From Amphiscolops sp. MND2022 (taxonomy: Eukaryota), in NCBI GenBank assembly GCA_964187785.1, contig OZ076416.1:60202001-60266000 (forward strand): a stretch of 64,000 bases of DNA. The letters are read 5' to 3'. Positions 24,826-35,957 of this stretch are shown in pieces (position 1 is the first letter of the stretch; each line of letters starts with the position of its first letter). Position numbers and translations under genes: made by a program. The notes under the pieces were generated by a model. The model did no database searches. It worked only from the letters and a program-made list of their open reading frames with translations, and was not told the origin of the DNA.

Positions 24826-27145
24826 TGGCGCTGCGAGAAACAGAAATTTCTTCCGTGCAGACATCTTCTTTATCACATCTAGTGGGTCTCCCAGTGTTCT
24901 GGCACGATGCAGACGATAACCCAACTACGGAATGGGACAAGTGGGTGGATCTTTTTCAAGTTGCCGCAATGGCAAAATATTCAATATCCATCACGGAGCT
25001 CACACGTCAGGTGACCGAGCAGAATCCCAGGGTTCGAGCTCTTACTGGGGATTTGGACGAAGACCCTGCTAATAAGAAAATCGTTAGTGCACTCTATTTA
25101 TCATTGGGGGTGCAGCGAGAAAACAATTCCGAGACAAATTACCGCATACTACATTATGGGACCTAAAAGCGGGAGAGATGCTGACTTTGTGTACAGAATG
25201 CTTCCTGAAAAAAAGAAACCTAGACCGACGTCGTTTCTTTTCAAGATATCAACAACCTGGAGAATCACTATACCAGTAAAGGCACGCCTTAAATGTATTG
25301 GCAGCATAATGTGACTTGGGAGAAATAACGACAACTTTGGTGCTAGATATGTTCATCTTGCACATGAACAACAAAAAAGTACAAGAAAAACTCTGTACCG
25401 AGCCCAAAGAACCAGAACAAGCCCTTGAGTTCGCTATAGCATTCGAGGAGGGGTGAAAAGGCAAAATGCGTACGAGTCCCATTCGAGTGAAACTCCCAAA
25501 TCAAACATAAAAAGCGAACCTGTATTTGCAATGGAGAAGTCGAATCCACGGGTAGTGCTTCAGATGTGGGGAACGAAACTTTACGATGGAGCACGTAACG
25601 ATCTGCCAAGCTGCTAATTATCGCTGTAAATTTTGTAAAAGAGATAGACATACCAAAAAATGCTGTAAAAAACATCCCCAACGACAAAATGCGATGGTGC
25701 AAAGATTGAAGAGCAGAAACCAACAAGGAATGCGAAGAGTCAACTATATAGAGGATACTGGAGACAAAGAGTCAGATTTAGACGAAGAGCAACTTGTGTT
25801 AAAGATTGAAGAGAAAGGAAGCAAACCCTTTTATATGGAAGGCCTAATGTGCGGAAACTATTTCAAGGCAATAATAGATACAGGATCCCCAGTATCCATT
25901 TTCACGGAGAGAGACTTACGAAAAATCGTGGGCGAGCGGAAAGTAGTCATCAGAGAAATGATCGAAAAGGAGCGATATATGGAATATAACAAAAAACCGC
26001 CTGAACTTTTGGGCTACCAATTCGTGCGATTAGAAGTGGCAGGAGTAACCGCGTCCAAGGCGAGAGTGTTAGTGGCGCCGAATTCAGGAAAGTCGACAGT
26101 AGGCCGTGATTGGCTAGTTGCTCTCCGCTAGAGAATTAACCAACCAATAGAACGAGGTGAGTGTGAAAAAAATGATAAAAATGTAAATTGCGTATACCCC
26201 ATAAATGAGGTCAAAAATGTAAATTGCGTTCTTTCAGTAAATAAGGCGAAAAGTGAGGAACAATTAAGCCCCGAGATTCAGCAATTAATGGAGAAGTTTC
26301 CAAAACTGTTTACCAGAAAAGGCCGTGTGAAAAATTACGAAATAAAAATCAAAATGAAAGACAGTGCAAGAATTTTTCAGCAAAAAAGACGCTGAGTCCC
26401 AATTCAATTACAGAATCAGGTAGATGCAGAAATTAATAAATTGCTAAAGGAAGGGCATATTGAGAAAGTTGTTTACTGTTTGTCAAGCTTATTTTTTAAA
26501 ACTCCGATGACGTGTTTATTCAACCAACTGTGATAACGGTCAAGAAAGAAAAATCTGCGAAAATAGCACTGGACGCGAGAGCGCTAAGTGAGTCTGTAGC
26601 TAAAGACAAATATCAAATGCCCAACTTAGACAATTTAATTGATTTAATTGCTGAGAAATTAGTTGAGAAGAAAACAGGCGAGGCATGGTATTTGTCAGTA
26701 GATATGACCTACGCCTATGGCCAAGGGACCCCTACATGAAATGACGAAAAGACACTGTAACTTTCAAATTATAGGTGGAAAATCCACCGGAACATATCGC
26801 TTCACGACAGGCTACTATAGCGTGACCATAATGCCCACAGAATTCCAAAAAGTTATGGACCTCACGCTAGCGAATACAAATAGTGTATTTGTTTATATAG
26901 ATGACATATTAATAGTAACCAAGGGAACAAAGCATGATCATATAAATAAAGTGAGGGAAGTCATGAAAAAACTTGATGAAGCGAATTTGCAATTGAAAGC
27001 TGAAAAATGTGTAATTGCGAAGACAAACACAGAATGGTTGGGGAACAAATTATCAAGAACTGGCATATCCCCATTAATACCAAAGCTCAGGGAATAAACT
27101 GCAGATTGAGGCCAACGAATTTAAAACAGTTACGCTCATTTCTGG
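24825..27145 (+). pseudogene. Gypsy B gag-protease-RT, first part (decayed)
   Basis: LVGLPVFW...EWDKWVDLF gag start, CKFCKRDRHTKKCC knuckle, AIIDTGSPVSI protease, ALDARALS, VYIDDILIV (YxDD). Confidence 0.9.
24826..24837 (+). promoter_or_regulatory. Primer-binding site of Gypsy B, tRNA-Ser-like
   Basis: TGGCGCTGCGAG directly after the LTR end; resembles the complement of tRNA-Ser 3' ends (TGGCGCTGTGAG/TGGCGCAGCGAG). Confidence 0.6.
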
Positions 27146-28616
27146 AGGAATTTATCCTCCGCCAGCACTGTGGTAGAGATCTCAGACTTATTTGTAAACA
27201 GTACCTGTTAAACCTTAGCTTCAATCATGTTTACTTTTTTCACTTTGCGAGACAGCCTAGATAGAAAACGAGATTGCTTCTACATTCTTTTAGCATTTCA
27301 TCAATACAACGTTCGATTCCTCTACGTTGTTTTTGCTTGAGTCCATCGTTAACATGGCGCTGCGAGAAACAGAAATTTCTTCCGTGCAGACATCTTCTTT
27401 ATCACATCTAGTGGGTCTCCCAGTGTTCTGGCACGATGCAGACGATAACCCAACTACGGAATGGGACAAGTGGGTGGATCTTTTTCAAGTTGCCGCAATG
27501 GCAAAATATTCAATATCCATCACGGAGCTCACACGTCAGGTGGCCGAGCAGAATCCCAGGGTTCGAGCTCTTACTGGGGATTTGGACGAAGACCCTGCTA
27601 ATAAGAAAATCGTTAGTGCACTCTATTTATCATTGGGGGTGCAGCGAGAAAACAATTCCGAGACAAATTACCGCATACTACATTATGGGACCTAAAAGCG
27701 GGAGAGATGCTGACTTTGTGTACAGAATGCTTCCTGAAAAAAAGAAACCTAGACCGACGTCGTTTCTTTTCAAGATATCAACAACCTGGAGAATCACTAT
27801 ACCAGTAAAGGCACGCCTTAAATGTATTGGCAGCATAATGTGACTTGGGAGAAATAACGACAACTTTGGTGCTAGATATGTTCATCTTGCACATGAACAA
27901 CAAAAAAGTACAAGAAAAACTCTGTACCGAGCCCAAAGAACCAGAACAAGCCCTTGAGTTCGCTATAGCATTCGAGGAGGGGTGAAAAGGCAAAATGCGT
28001 ACGAGTCCCATTCGAGTGAAACTCCCAAATCAAACATAAAAAGCGAACCTGTATTTGCAATGGAGAAGTCGAATCCACGGGTAGTGCTTCAGATGTGGGG
28101 AACGAAACTTTACGATGGAGCACGTAACGATCTGCCAAGCTGCTAATTATCGCTGTAAATTTTGTAAAAGAGATAGACATACCAAAAAATGCTGTAAAAA
28201 ACATCCCCAACGACAAAATGCGATGGTGCAAAGATTGAAGAGCAGAAACCAACAAGGAATGCGAAGAGTCAACTATATAGAGGATACTGGAGACAAAGAG
28301 TCAGATTTAGACGAAGAGCAACTTGTGTTAAAGATTGAAGAGAAAGGAAGCAAACCCTTTTATATGGAAGGCCTAATGTGCGGAAACTATTTCAAGGCAA
28401 TAATAGATACAGGATCCCCAGTATCCATTTTCACGGAGAGAGACTTACGAAAAATCGTGGGCGAGCGGAAAGTAGTCATCAGAGAAATGATCGAAAAGGA
28501 GCGATATATGGATTATAACAAAAAACCGCCTGAACTTTTGGGCTACCAATTCGTGCGATTAGAAGTGGCAGGAGTAACCGCGTCCAAGGCGAGAGTGTTA
28601 GTGGCGCCGAATTCAG
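27144..28616 (+). repeat. Near-identical duplicate of 24615-26087 (flank + LTR + gag + protease) inside Gypsy B RT
   Basis: Constant offset 2529; only a handful of substitutions in 1473 bp; identical disabling mutations. Confidence 0.97.
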
Positions 28617-28633
28617 CGCCGGATTAATCCCGA

Positions 28634-30902
28634 ATTAATACCAAAGCTCAGGGAATAAACTGCAGATTGAGGCCAACGAATTTAAAACAGTTACGCTCAT
28701 TTCTGGGGCAGTTAACCAATTTAATAAATTCATCCCCAATTAAGCAACAATTAGTTATACATTTAGATCAATACTGAAAAAAGACGCGGAGTGGAATTGG
28801 AAAAAAGAACACGAAGAAGCATCTTTAAAAATTAACCAAGAATTAAGTAAAACTGCAGAACTGTCACATTTTAAATGAGACAAAGAAATCAGAATAATTT
28901 GCGACGCTAGCAAACAAGGCCTAGACGCAGTTTTACAGCAAATTCAAGAAAATGGTGAATGGCGACCAATTTGCTTTGCGTCAATATTTTTAACAGACTT
29001 TGAAGCCAAATACTCAAAAAATGAATTAGAATTATTAGCCATTGTATGAGTGATCGAACATTTTAAAAATTATGTATTTGGTGTACAGTTTAAAGTAGTT
29101 TCAGATCATAAAGCCCTCAATTAAGTTTTGAAACCCAATCGAGGGAACAAGACATTTTCAAGCAGGTTAACGAGATGGGTAGATAGACTCCTACCATTTC
29201 AGTTTGAAGTACTACACGCCGCAGGAAGAACATTAGGTATGGCGGACTATCTATCCAGACACCCCTCTAAAATGCAAGGGGCAGCGGTAAAAGCTGAAAC
29301 TCTTTGGAATGAATGGTGCACTGTAAATAGTGTAATTAGTTTAAATGATGTTTTAAAAGCCAACGCGACAACCAGCGAGAATACAGCGAATGATGAAAGC
29401 AAGCGGAATAGCATTTACCGCGTAATCGACGCAAAGAGCTCTCAGTCAATCAGAAAGCAGGACGAGCGTGATTTGAGGGAACAAAGTAAGATTCATTGCA
29501 GCCAAAGTGTTGAACGTGTTAAAGTCGCGAGGATGAGTCAAAATTCAGCAATCATGCTTTTGAACGAAAAGATGTTACCAGCAAATTACCTCGCGGATGA
29601 AACCATCCGAAGAGTAATTGCAATCATTAAAAAGTACAATAAAACAGCCGTTAACCGACTCCCCCCCTCGATGGGAAAAGTTCAATCTTTTTCCCTTGCT
29701 AGTCGCGAATTCCTCTATATGGACAATAGACTTGTAATCCCTCCGTCAATGAGGCAAATGATAATGTGCTCGTTACATTACGGTCATCCCGGAAGGGATG
29801 CAATGTTATCCATGATAGCAAACATTTGATGGCCCCGAATTCATCGGGAGGTTATCAACCAAGCCCGCTTATGTGAACATTGTCTCCAAGCAGGTAAGAA
29901 TTTGAAAGGTTTCATTAGTCAAACGGCGAATGGAAAGTTAGATTTTGCGGGCCCATTTCAAAACGCAAAAGAAGGGAAAAATTATTTGTTAGAGTCGATC
30001 GACCCTTTCTAAGGATGGCTGGACGCAAAAATTTTTACATAAACCCACAACTAAAAAAGTCTTAGAGTTTTTCAAACAGTACATAGCGCAATATGGAGCA
30101 CCAAAAAGATAAGAACAGACCCAGGTACAGTATTCATGAGCGAGGCGTTCAAAAAGTTTTGTAATCAATTTTGCATCGAGCATATAACCTATCCAGTACG
30201 TGATCACAAAGGAAATGGAAAATTGAACGACTGTACCAACTGGGTAGAGAACCGAACACAATGGATTCGAACGCAGTGAGCAAATTTCTAGACATTTCAG
30301 AACAAGACAACAGCCTGGAATTCAGCCCAGCAGACTTCCAAGACGACCTGGATTAAACAGTCTTGGTGAGGGAGGGGTGCCGCCGGTCTAAGCTAGAAGG
30401 GGCATATGAGCGAAAAACAGGGCGTATCCTAAAAGAATCGGAGCACACCATCACATATCTGCCCGAGGCATCAAAGAAGGAAAAGAAGTATTCAAAACGT
30501 GACATTGCAAAGCTGTCAAAAGAACTAAAGAAAGTCATAAACGCCCCAAAGAGAAAACGTGTCATATTGGATACATCTAGCAACGACGAAGAACCGGTGA
30601 AGACAAACCAAAAACCCCAACAAATAGCGTTCGATCTGGTGGAGGAACAACGCCCAGAAATTATCAGTATCGCAACCAGCAGCACAGATGGGGGTAATGA
30701 GACAATGAAAGGGCCTGTTGTGAAAACGGAGAACGACAAAGAACAGGAAAGTGAAGAAGCCCCGGGGAATAGCGCAATCCCTATCGAAGCAACAACCCGA
30801 TGGGAAAAGGAGACAGCAGGGCCATCCAGCGTACTGGATAGAAAGCGGGTCCCGACAAAGAGATACGGGATCGACATGATCTCAAAAGCAGCAGCAGAAT
30901 GA
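28634..30902 (+). pseudogene. Gypsy B RT end, RNase H, partly deleted integrase and C-terminal tail
   Basis: IICDASKQGLDAVLQQ, VVSDHKAL, RWVDRLLPFQF, HYGHPGRDAM..CEHC, LDFAGPF, RTDPGTVF. Confidence 0.85.
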
Positions 30903-31087
30903 GAGAGAAAAACTACAAAGCTGCTATCAACAAAAATTTTTTGTTATGCCATAACATTTGTATCTGTGTCAAGTAATCTTAACATTTGTGTATGTACGAA
31001 ACAAGTGTAACACTTATTAACATTTACATTTGTACTATTAAACATTAAACCCGAGGAATGAACTGTAAAATCCCGTAAAAGGGGGAA

Positions 31088-31272
31088 TGTTGTAGAGATC
31101 TAGGACTTATTTGTAAACAGTACCTGTTAAAACTTAGTTTGAATCATGTTAACCTTATTCACTTTGCGTGACAGCTTAGATAGAAAACAGATTGCTTCTA
31201 CATTCTATTATCAATTCAACAATACAACATTCATTTCCTCTACATTGTTTTTGCTTGAGTCCATCGTTAACA
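31088..31272 (+). repeat. 3' LTR of Gypsy B
   Basis: Preceded by the PPT AAAAGGGGGAA; TGTTGTAGAGATCT...CCATCGTTAACA. Confidence 0.9.
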
Positions 31273-32628
31273 AGCTCTATTGTTAACTTTTCTATAATTT
31301 CGCTTCAATTCATATGTCACTGGACTTTGAGTTTAACGTGAGTTTCTCTACGTGGTGACTGAGTTTCTATGCATGCACGTCGGTTCGAATCCCGCACTAA
31401 ACAAATTTCTTCATACTGGCAAATGTACAGAAAAAAAACAAAGTGTCTCTCTTTTTGTATTTTTTTTTGAAATTTGTTCTTTGACTTTTTTCCCATTTTT
31501 AACCGAGGGGCCTTCTTTGAATTTACCAGAATCAGAGCTTTGTGCAATTGTTGAGGGTTCCGTTAGGGATTTTTGGCACAGTGTGACTTACCGAAAAAGT
31601 TTTTTCGGAAACAAAATTTGCAAAAGGTTGCTGGAAAATTTTCACACATATTTTTTTAGGTTTCGTATTTTGGCGTTTTTGCTAATTGCCACCACGAAGC
31701 TGAGTATCTGTGAACAATTTCGGTAATTGGCATTTCGAGTTTTTTTGTGATTTTCGAATTTTCGAAAAAGCTCTGGGATCTCAATGTCTCTATGAATAAT
31801 CATCAACCCCCTCCCCCGGATTTTGAAATAGGCTTTATTCGCTTCGAATGGTCTTCGAAATATCAAAGCTTCCATTATGCTTATGCCTCCTATTACCGTA
31901 AAACCTTTAAGAATTCGCTTTTTTTCAATGTTTTTTTTCAATACTTCCTGAATCATTCTTTTTCGTTGCTTTTTTCGAGAATTTCGGTTATTTCAAGGCA
32001 CTTTGATAAATTGGTTCTAATTGAATTCTGCGATAAAAGTGACCTTTCAAATCATGAAGATTTCTTCGAATTTCCAACTTGAACTGTTTTTCATTTCGAT
32101 AAACCGAACTTTCGTCCATTTCTAATACCATCTAAATGTCAACAACCATCAACCATTTTAGTGTTTTTTGGAAAATAGCCAAACATTATGAAACATTATG
32201 AAATTGTAAAAGTCTTTGACAATAGTCGCATTAACTTGATTATCAGTCGATCACGATTTTCTATATTAATCACTCGTGTGAGTGTATTATAAAATTAATA
32301 AGTGTTTTGACATCTGCCTATCTTTGTGAACGCTTGAAAAATATATCAAGCGTGAGTCAGTGTTGCGAAGAATGTGCGATGGAACTACTATCAAGGATCA
32401 GTTGTTAGTTCGTTCAATATGGAAATTGCTTTACTTTTTCGATTAGTTCGTCAGAAAGTCAACCAGGCGGCAATATTCAAGAGGAGACAAATTGGAACGT
32501 CAGTTTGGGGCAATCAAAAAATAATAATTGGACGTCAGTTCCAAAAGGCCCTCTGGGATTCTTCGTTTCCCTGTTTTCAGTTGACTTCGTCTGCAAAAAT
32601 GACCCGGGTCAGAAGCCTTCAAATAGTT

Positions 32629-33208
32629 AACAAGCCGGGAGCGGCCCAAGTCGGCGCCATATCTAAGGCTCAAAAATAGCGTAAGGACTTCAATGTTTCA
32701 AGTATTCTCTTCTACAGTATCCGCATGAGGAAAAAAATTACAAAAAAATTCCCGAAATGTTTTATGAATTTTTTCGAACTTTTTTTGGTCTCCGGTAAGT
32801 TGCATAGTGCCGAAAAAGTAAAAAGGGGGCCCTTGGGGAATTTTTGAATATCCTTTCTCTGAAAAAAAATTGAAGGGGGACCCTATGGAGACATTTTCAA
32901 AAAATTGCTATAAAAATTCTCACAAAGCCGAAAAAACCGAAAAAAAATTGGTCAAGGGTGGGATTCGAACTCACGTCCTTCTGCTTGGCATAACTCAAAA
33001 AAGCCTAATTAAACTCTGTGTCAAGTGCCAATAGAAGTAGTGTGTCAGTTAGTGTTAGTGCAAGTCAGCTTATAAACCTTATAAAATCTGTCAGTTAATT
33101 GGTCTTGAAAAAAAAAGAAAAAAAGGCACTATTATAGTCTGCGTTTTTTTACGAAAAGCGCCAACTAAAAAGACGGAAACGTCTCAAGTCAGCGCTTCTC
33201 CTAGTGCT
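32629..33208 (+). mobile_element. DINE-1/HINE-like (Helentron-associated) non-autonomous element
   Basis: Terminus AACAAGCCGGGAGCGGCCCAAGTCGGCGCCATATCTAAGG; far-end block with an inverted GCGCCAACT and a hairpin; internal antisense B-box at 32960-32972; family copies at 49481, 57289, 59784. Confidence 0.5.
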
Positions 33209-34363
33209 CCAAAAGATCAAATTATTGATTTACCTCGGATAAATCGTCAAATTTCGAATATAGCGCAGCATTGTCGAACCTCCGCTGCCTTTACATCGGA
33301 TATTTAGGACTCCTGACATCTTCGTTCTAAATATGTCAATTTTATTATTTATACCATCAGTAGGGTAGATCATTCGATCGTGAGATGTATGAGAGTAAAG
33401 ATAACAGAAACTACTTCAAGTACCTCGCCTCATAATTTGATGTCCACTTTTTTTGTTTAGTCCTGTTGACCACCAAAATATACATTCTTAGCTATTTTGA
33501 AACTACCGCACCGAGTATTAAGTCAGTACAGCCGCCGCCTCAAAATAGAACTATGTATGAAAACTTTAATCGGAGAGACATTTTGACATCAAAACTTTGA
33601 CATCGAAAACTATTGCGAATATAAAAACAATTGAATCAAATAATTGTCCTTTTTTGACTTGACTACGACGTGTTGAGTAAAATATAAAACTTTTGAGGAA
33701 CAAAATTCCACAGAATTTGATCAAGAAGTCAGATCTAACTGTTAACAGAAAGTTTGTCAAATTGCTATGTTAGTACATGTGTTTGAGTGTAAGCGAGAAA
33801 AAAGACTTCGCTGTGCCTGATATAAGCATAGAATGCAACTCACCAAAGCGTGTCAGAAAGCATAAAGAGTTCAATTGAGAACGCTTTGAGTGGATGTGCG
33901 CACAACTGATAAGAAAACGGCCACGGCACACTTTGAATTAACCCCCCTCTTACTCAAATTTGAAAAAAAAACAATTTCTCGAAGATGAAAAACGATTTCA
34001 ACGAACGGTTTGCAGTATTCGATAGCTCATTTATAGGAGAGCTTAGGTGGAGCCTTGTGCGACAACGAGAACCCGGTGGAGGAAGCTTTGAAAATAAGTT
34101 CTGTTAAACTTTTGACATTTTGTCAAAAATGAAGCTTCTTCAAACCTTTCGTGTGATTGCTAAAAATGTCGCAATTCATTCGAATATAGATTAAGCTGAA
34201 GATAAACGAATTGTTCAACTCATGTTAAACGAAAAAACAGACAACACTCTGTAGATTTTGAGTATTGAGCCAGCAAACGTTCAAAATGCCCCTAAAACGG
34301 CCGAAAATGTTGCTTTTCGGGTGTTATTATTTAGTACTCAACCTATAAGCGCATAATAGCCGT

Positions 34364-34400
34364 TTGGGTTAGGGTTAGGGTTAGGGTTAGGGTTAGGGTT
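34364..34400 (+). repeat. Interstitial telomere-type repeat (TTAGGG)5
   Basis: tttggg(ttaggg)5tt. Confidence 0.9.
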
Positions 34401-35573
34401 GTGGTTTACTCTTTTTGCAGCGTGTATGAGATTTGCAGTTGATACGTAAATAGCGTAGAAAATACAGCGCAGCGGCGCGTTAGCGAGAACGCCAGAAGTA
34501 TTGAAAGTAAAGGTTTCTTTTGAACACTAGTAAGATCAACTTATCAAAATCCAAACATCCCGCTGGTTTTGAGCATTATCGAACTCAAACTTTCCGGATA
34601 GATGCACAGAGTATAGCGCACTGCGTTTCAGCGTTTAGGAGGAGCGTTTCTCCGAAAAAAAATTTGGAATTGAGATATGGACATTTAAAGCTGGGGGTCA
34701 TGGCACCAAAAACTGAAAAAGTACTGTTTTCAGAAAAGGCGTCACAAAATGTAGAAACCTCATTTAATGCAAAATACTTCTTATAGCTTGGGCGACGCCC
34801 CACGCTGTTTCTTTAAAATAGAGTAAGTTCGGACTTTCCAAAGTTATGAATTTTTCCAGATTAGAAAATTGATATTCAAATGACATATTTTCAGGGCGTT
34901 TTTAACTGTGTAGAAGTGGGAATGGAAAGTTGACAAAGGGATAGTTTTGTAGCGCTTTGCGCGGTTGTTCAAACATCAGACTTGATTTCTAAACCCGTTG
35001 ATTGGAACATCTAGTTTTGGCCCATAAATTGTGTAACACAATATGCATTTGTCGGGATGTAAAATAAAAGTGCCTTTTAGGTCATTGTTTATTGCTGAGA
35101 AGTATTTCCTCCAGTCATATTTTGAACGAGAGTTCTTCCTTACTCAAAGTCTCATTTGTGAGGTAAAAAGGACCTGACAAAAATGCAAATGTCAATCATT
35201 AGGCGGTAGTTAAAGTCGTGTTTGCAGATGTGAGAAAAGTTGAATCAGTAAGACCTCCCTCCAATCGTATTGAAAACGAAGTAAAATCACTAGTGATGAT
35301 TAACAAGCAGGTGAACCTAAGACTGACATGTGTTGATGAAATGTCTTCGGATGGCCCTTAATTACCGAAGTACGTATAACTGTTTCACTCTACAATTAAT
35401 CAGGCCGGAAAAAAATTATTAAAAATTACGAATACCTAAGTGACTTAACTTCCGAAAAAGTAACTTTGGCCGTGAAAGTTGTCAAAATGATGACATACAC
35501 CGTGAGGTATAATCTAGAGAATAGTTGAACCTTTTGTTGTGTCAGTGATTTCTATCTGTTGCTACAAGTGAGA

Positions 35574-35772
35574 TGTTGCACTTCAAGATCTTGTTTCAAG
35601 ATAAATTTGAACTGGATTTTGTCGTGAGTGACGTGTGGGGCACCAACACCTTCGGTGATGCGTTCCAGTCGTGCGTGATTGGTTGGCTTCCAAGCCCTTC
35701 GTTGAAAGCCAATTTACAATCCTCCGTGAGAGGTTTGACTCCACGACTGTCGTTGTGACAACATGGTGCGTG
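35574..35772 (+). mobile_element. Possible short LTR with an adjacent PBS-like TGGTGCG
   Basis: TGTTGCAC...GTGACAACA (190 bp) followed by TGGTGCGTG; no partner LTR in the window. Confidence 0.35.
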
Positions 35773-35957
35773 TTCAATTGCTCATGAGGCTTTGGGCTTC
35801 ACGATTGTCGGTAAAACACAATTGCTTTTACTCCAAGACTAATAGAGACGATTTACGGCAAATTTCACCGAAGATATTATTCATATCACACCCCATCTAT
35901 ACGGATACCCAATTAACCTAGCCGAAACCCTTGTTTATTGGTTGTTTGTGTTCGATG

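Larger units (their letters stand above)
24640..31272 (+). mobile_element. Ty3/Gypsy LTR retrotransposon B, decayed, with an internal duplication
   Basis: LTRs 24640-24825 and 31088-31272, TSD AGCAC/AGCTC (4 of 5), PBS, PPT AAAAGGGGGAA, gag-PR-RT-RH-IN remnants. Confidence 0.9.

Noticed and set aside
31345-31400. Isolated B-box GGTTCGAATCCC (similar at 50459-50470) as a tRNA gene
   Set aside because: There is no good A-box or cloverleaf; at most a SINE or HINE fragment.
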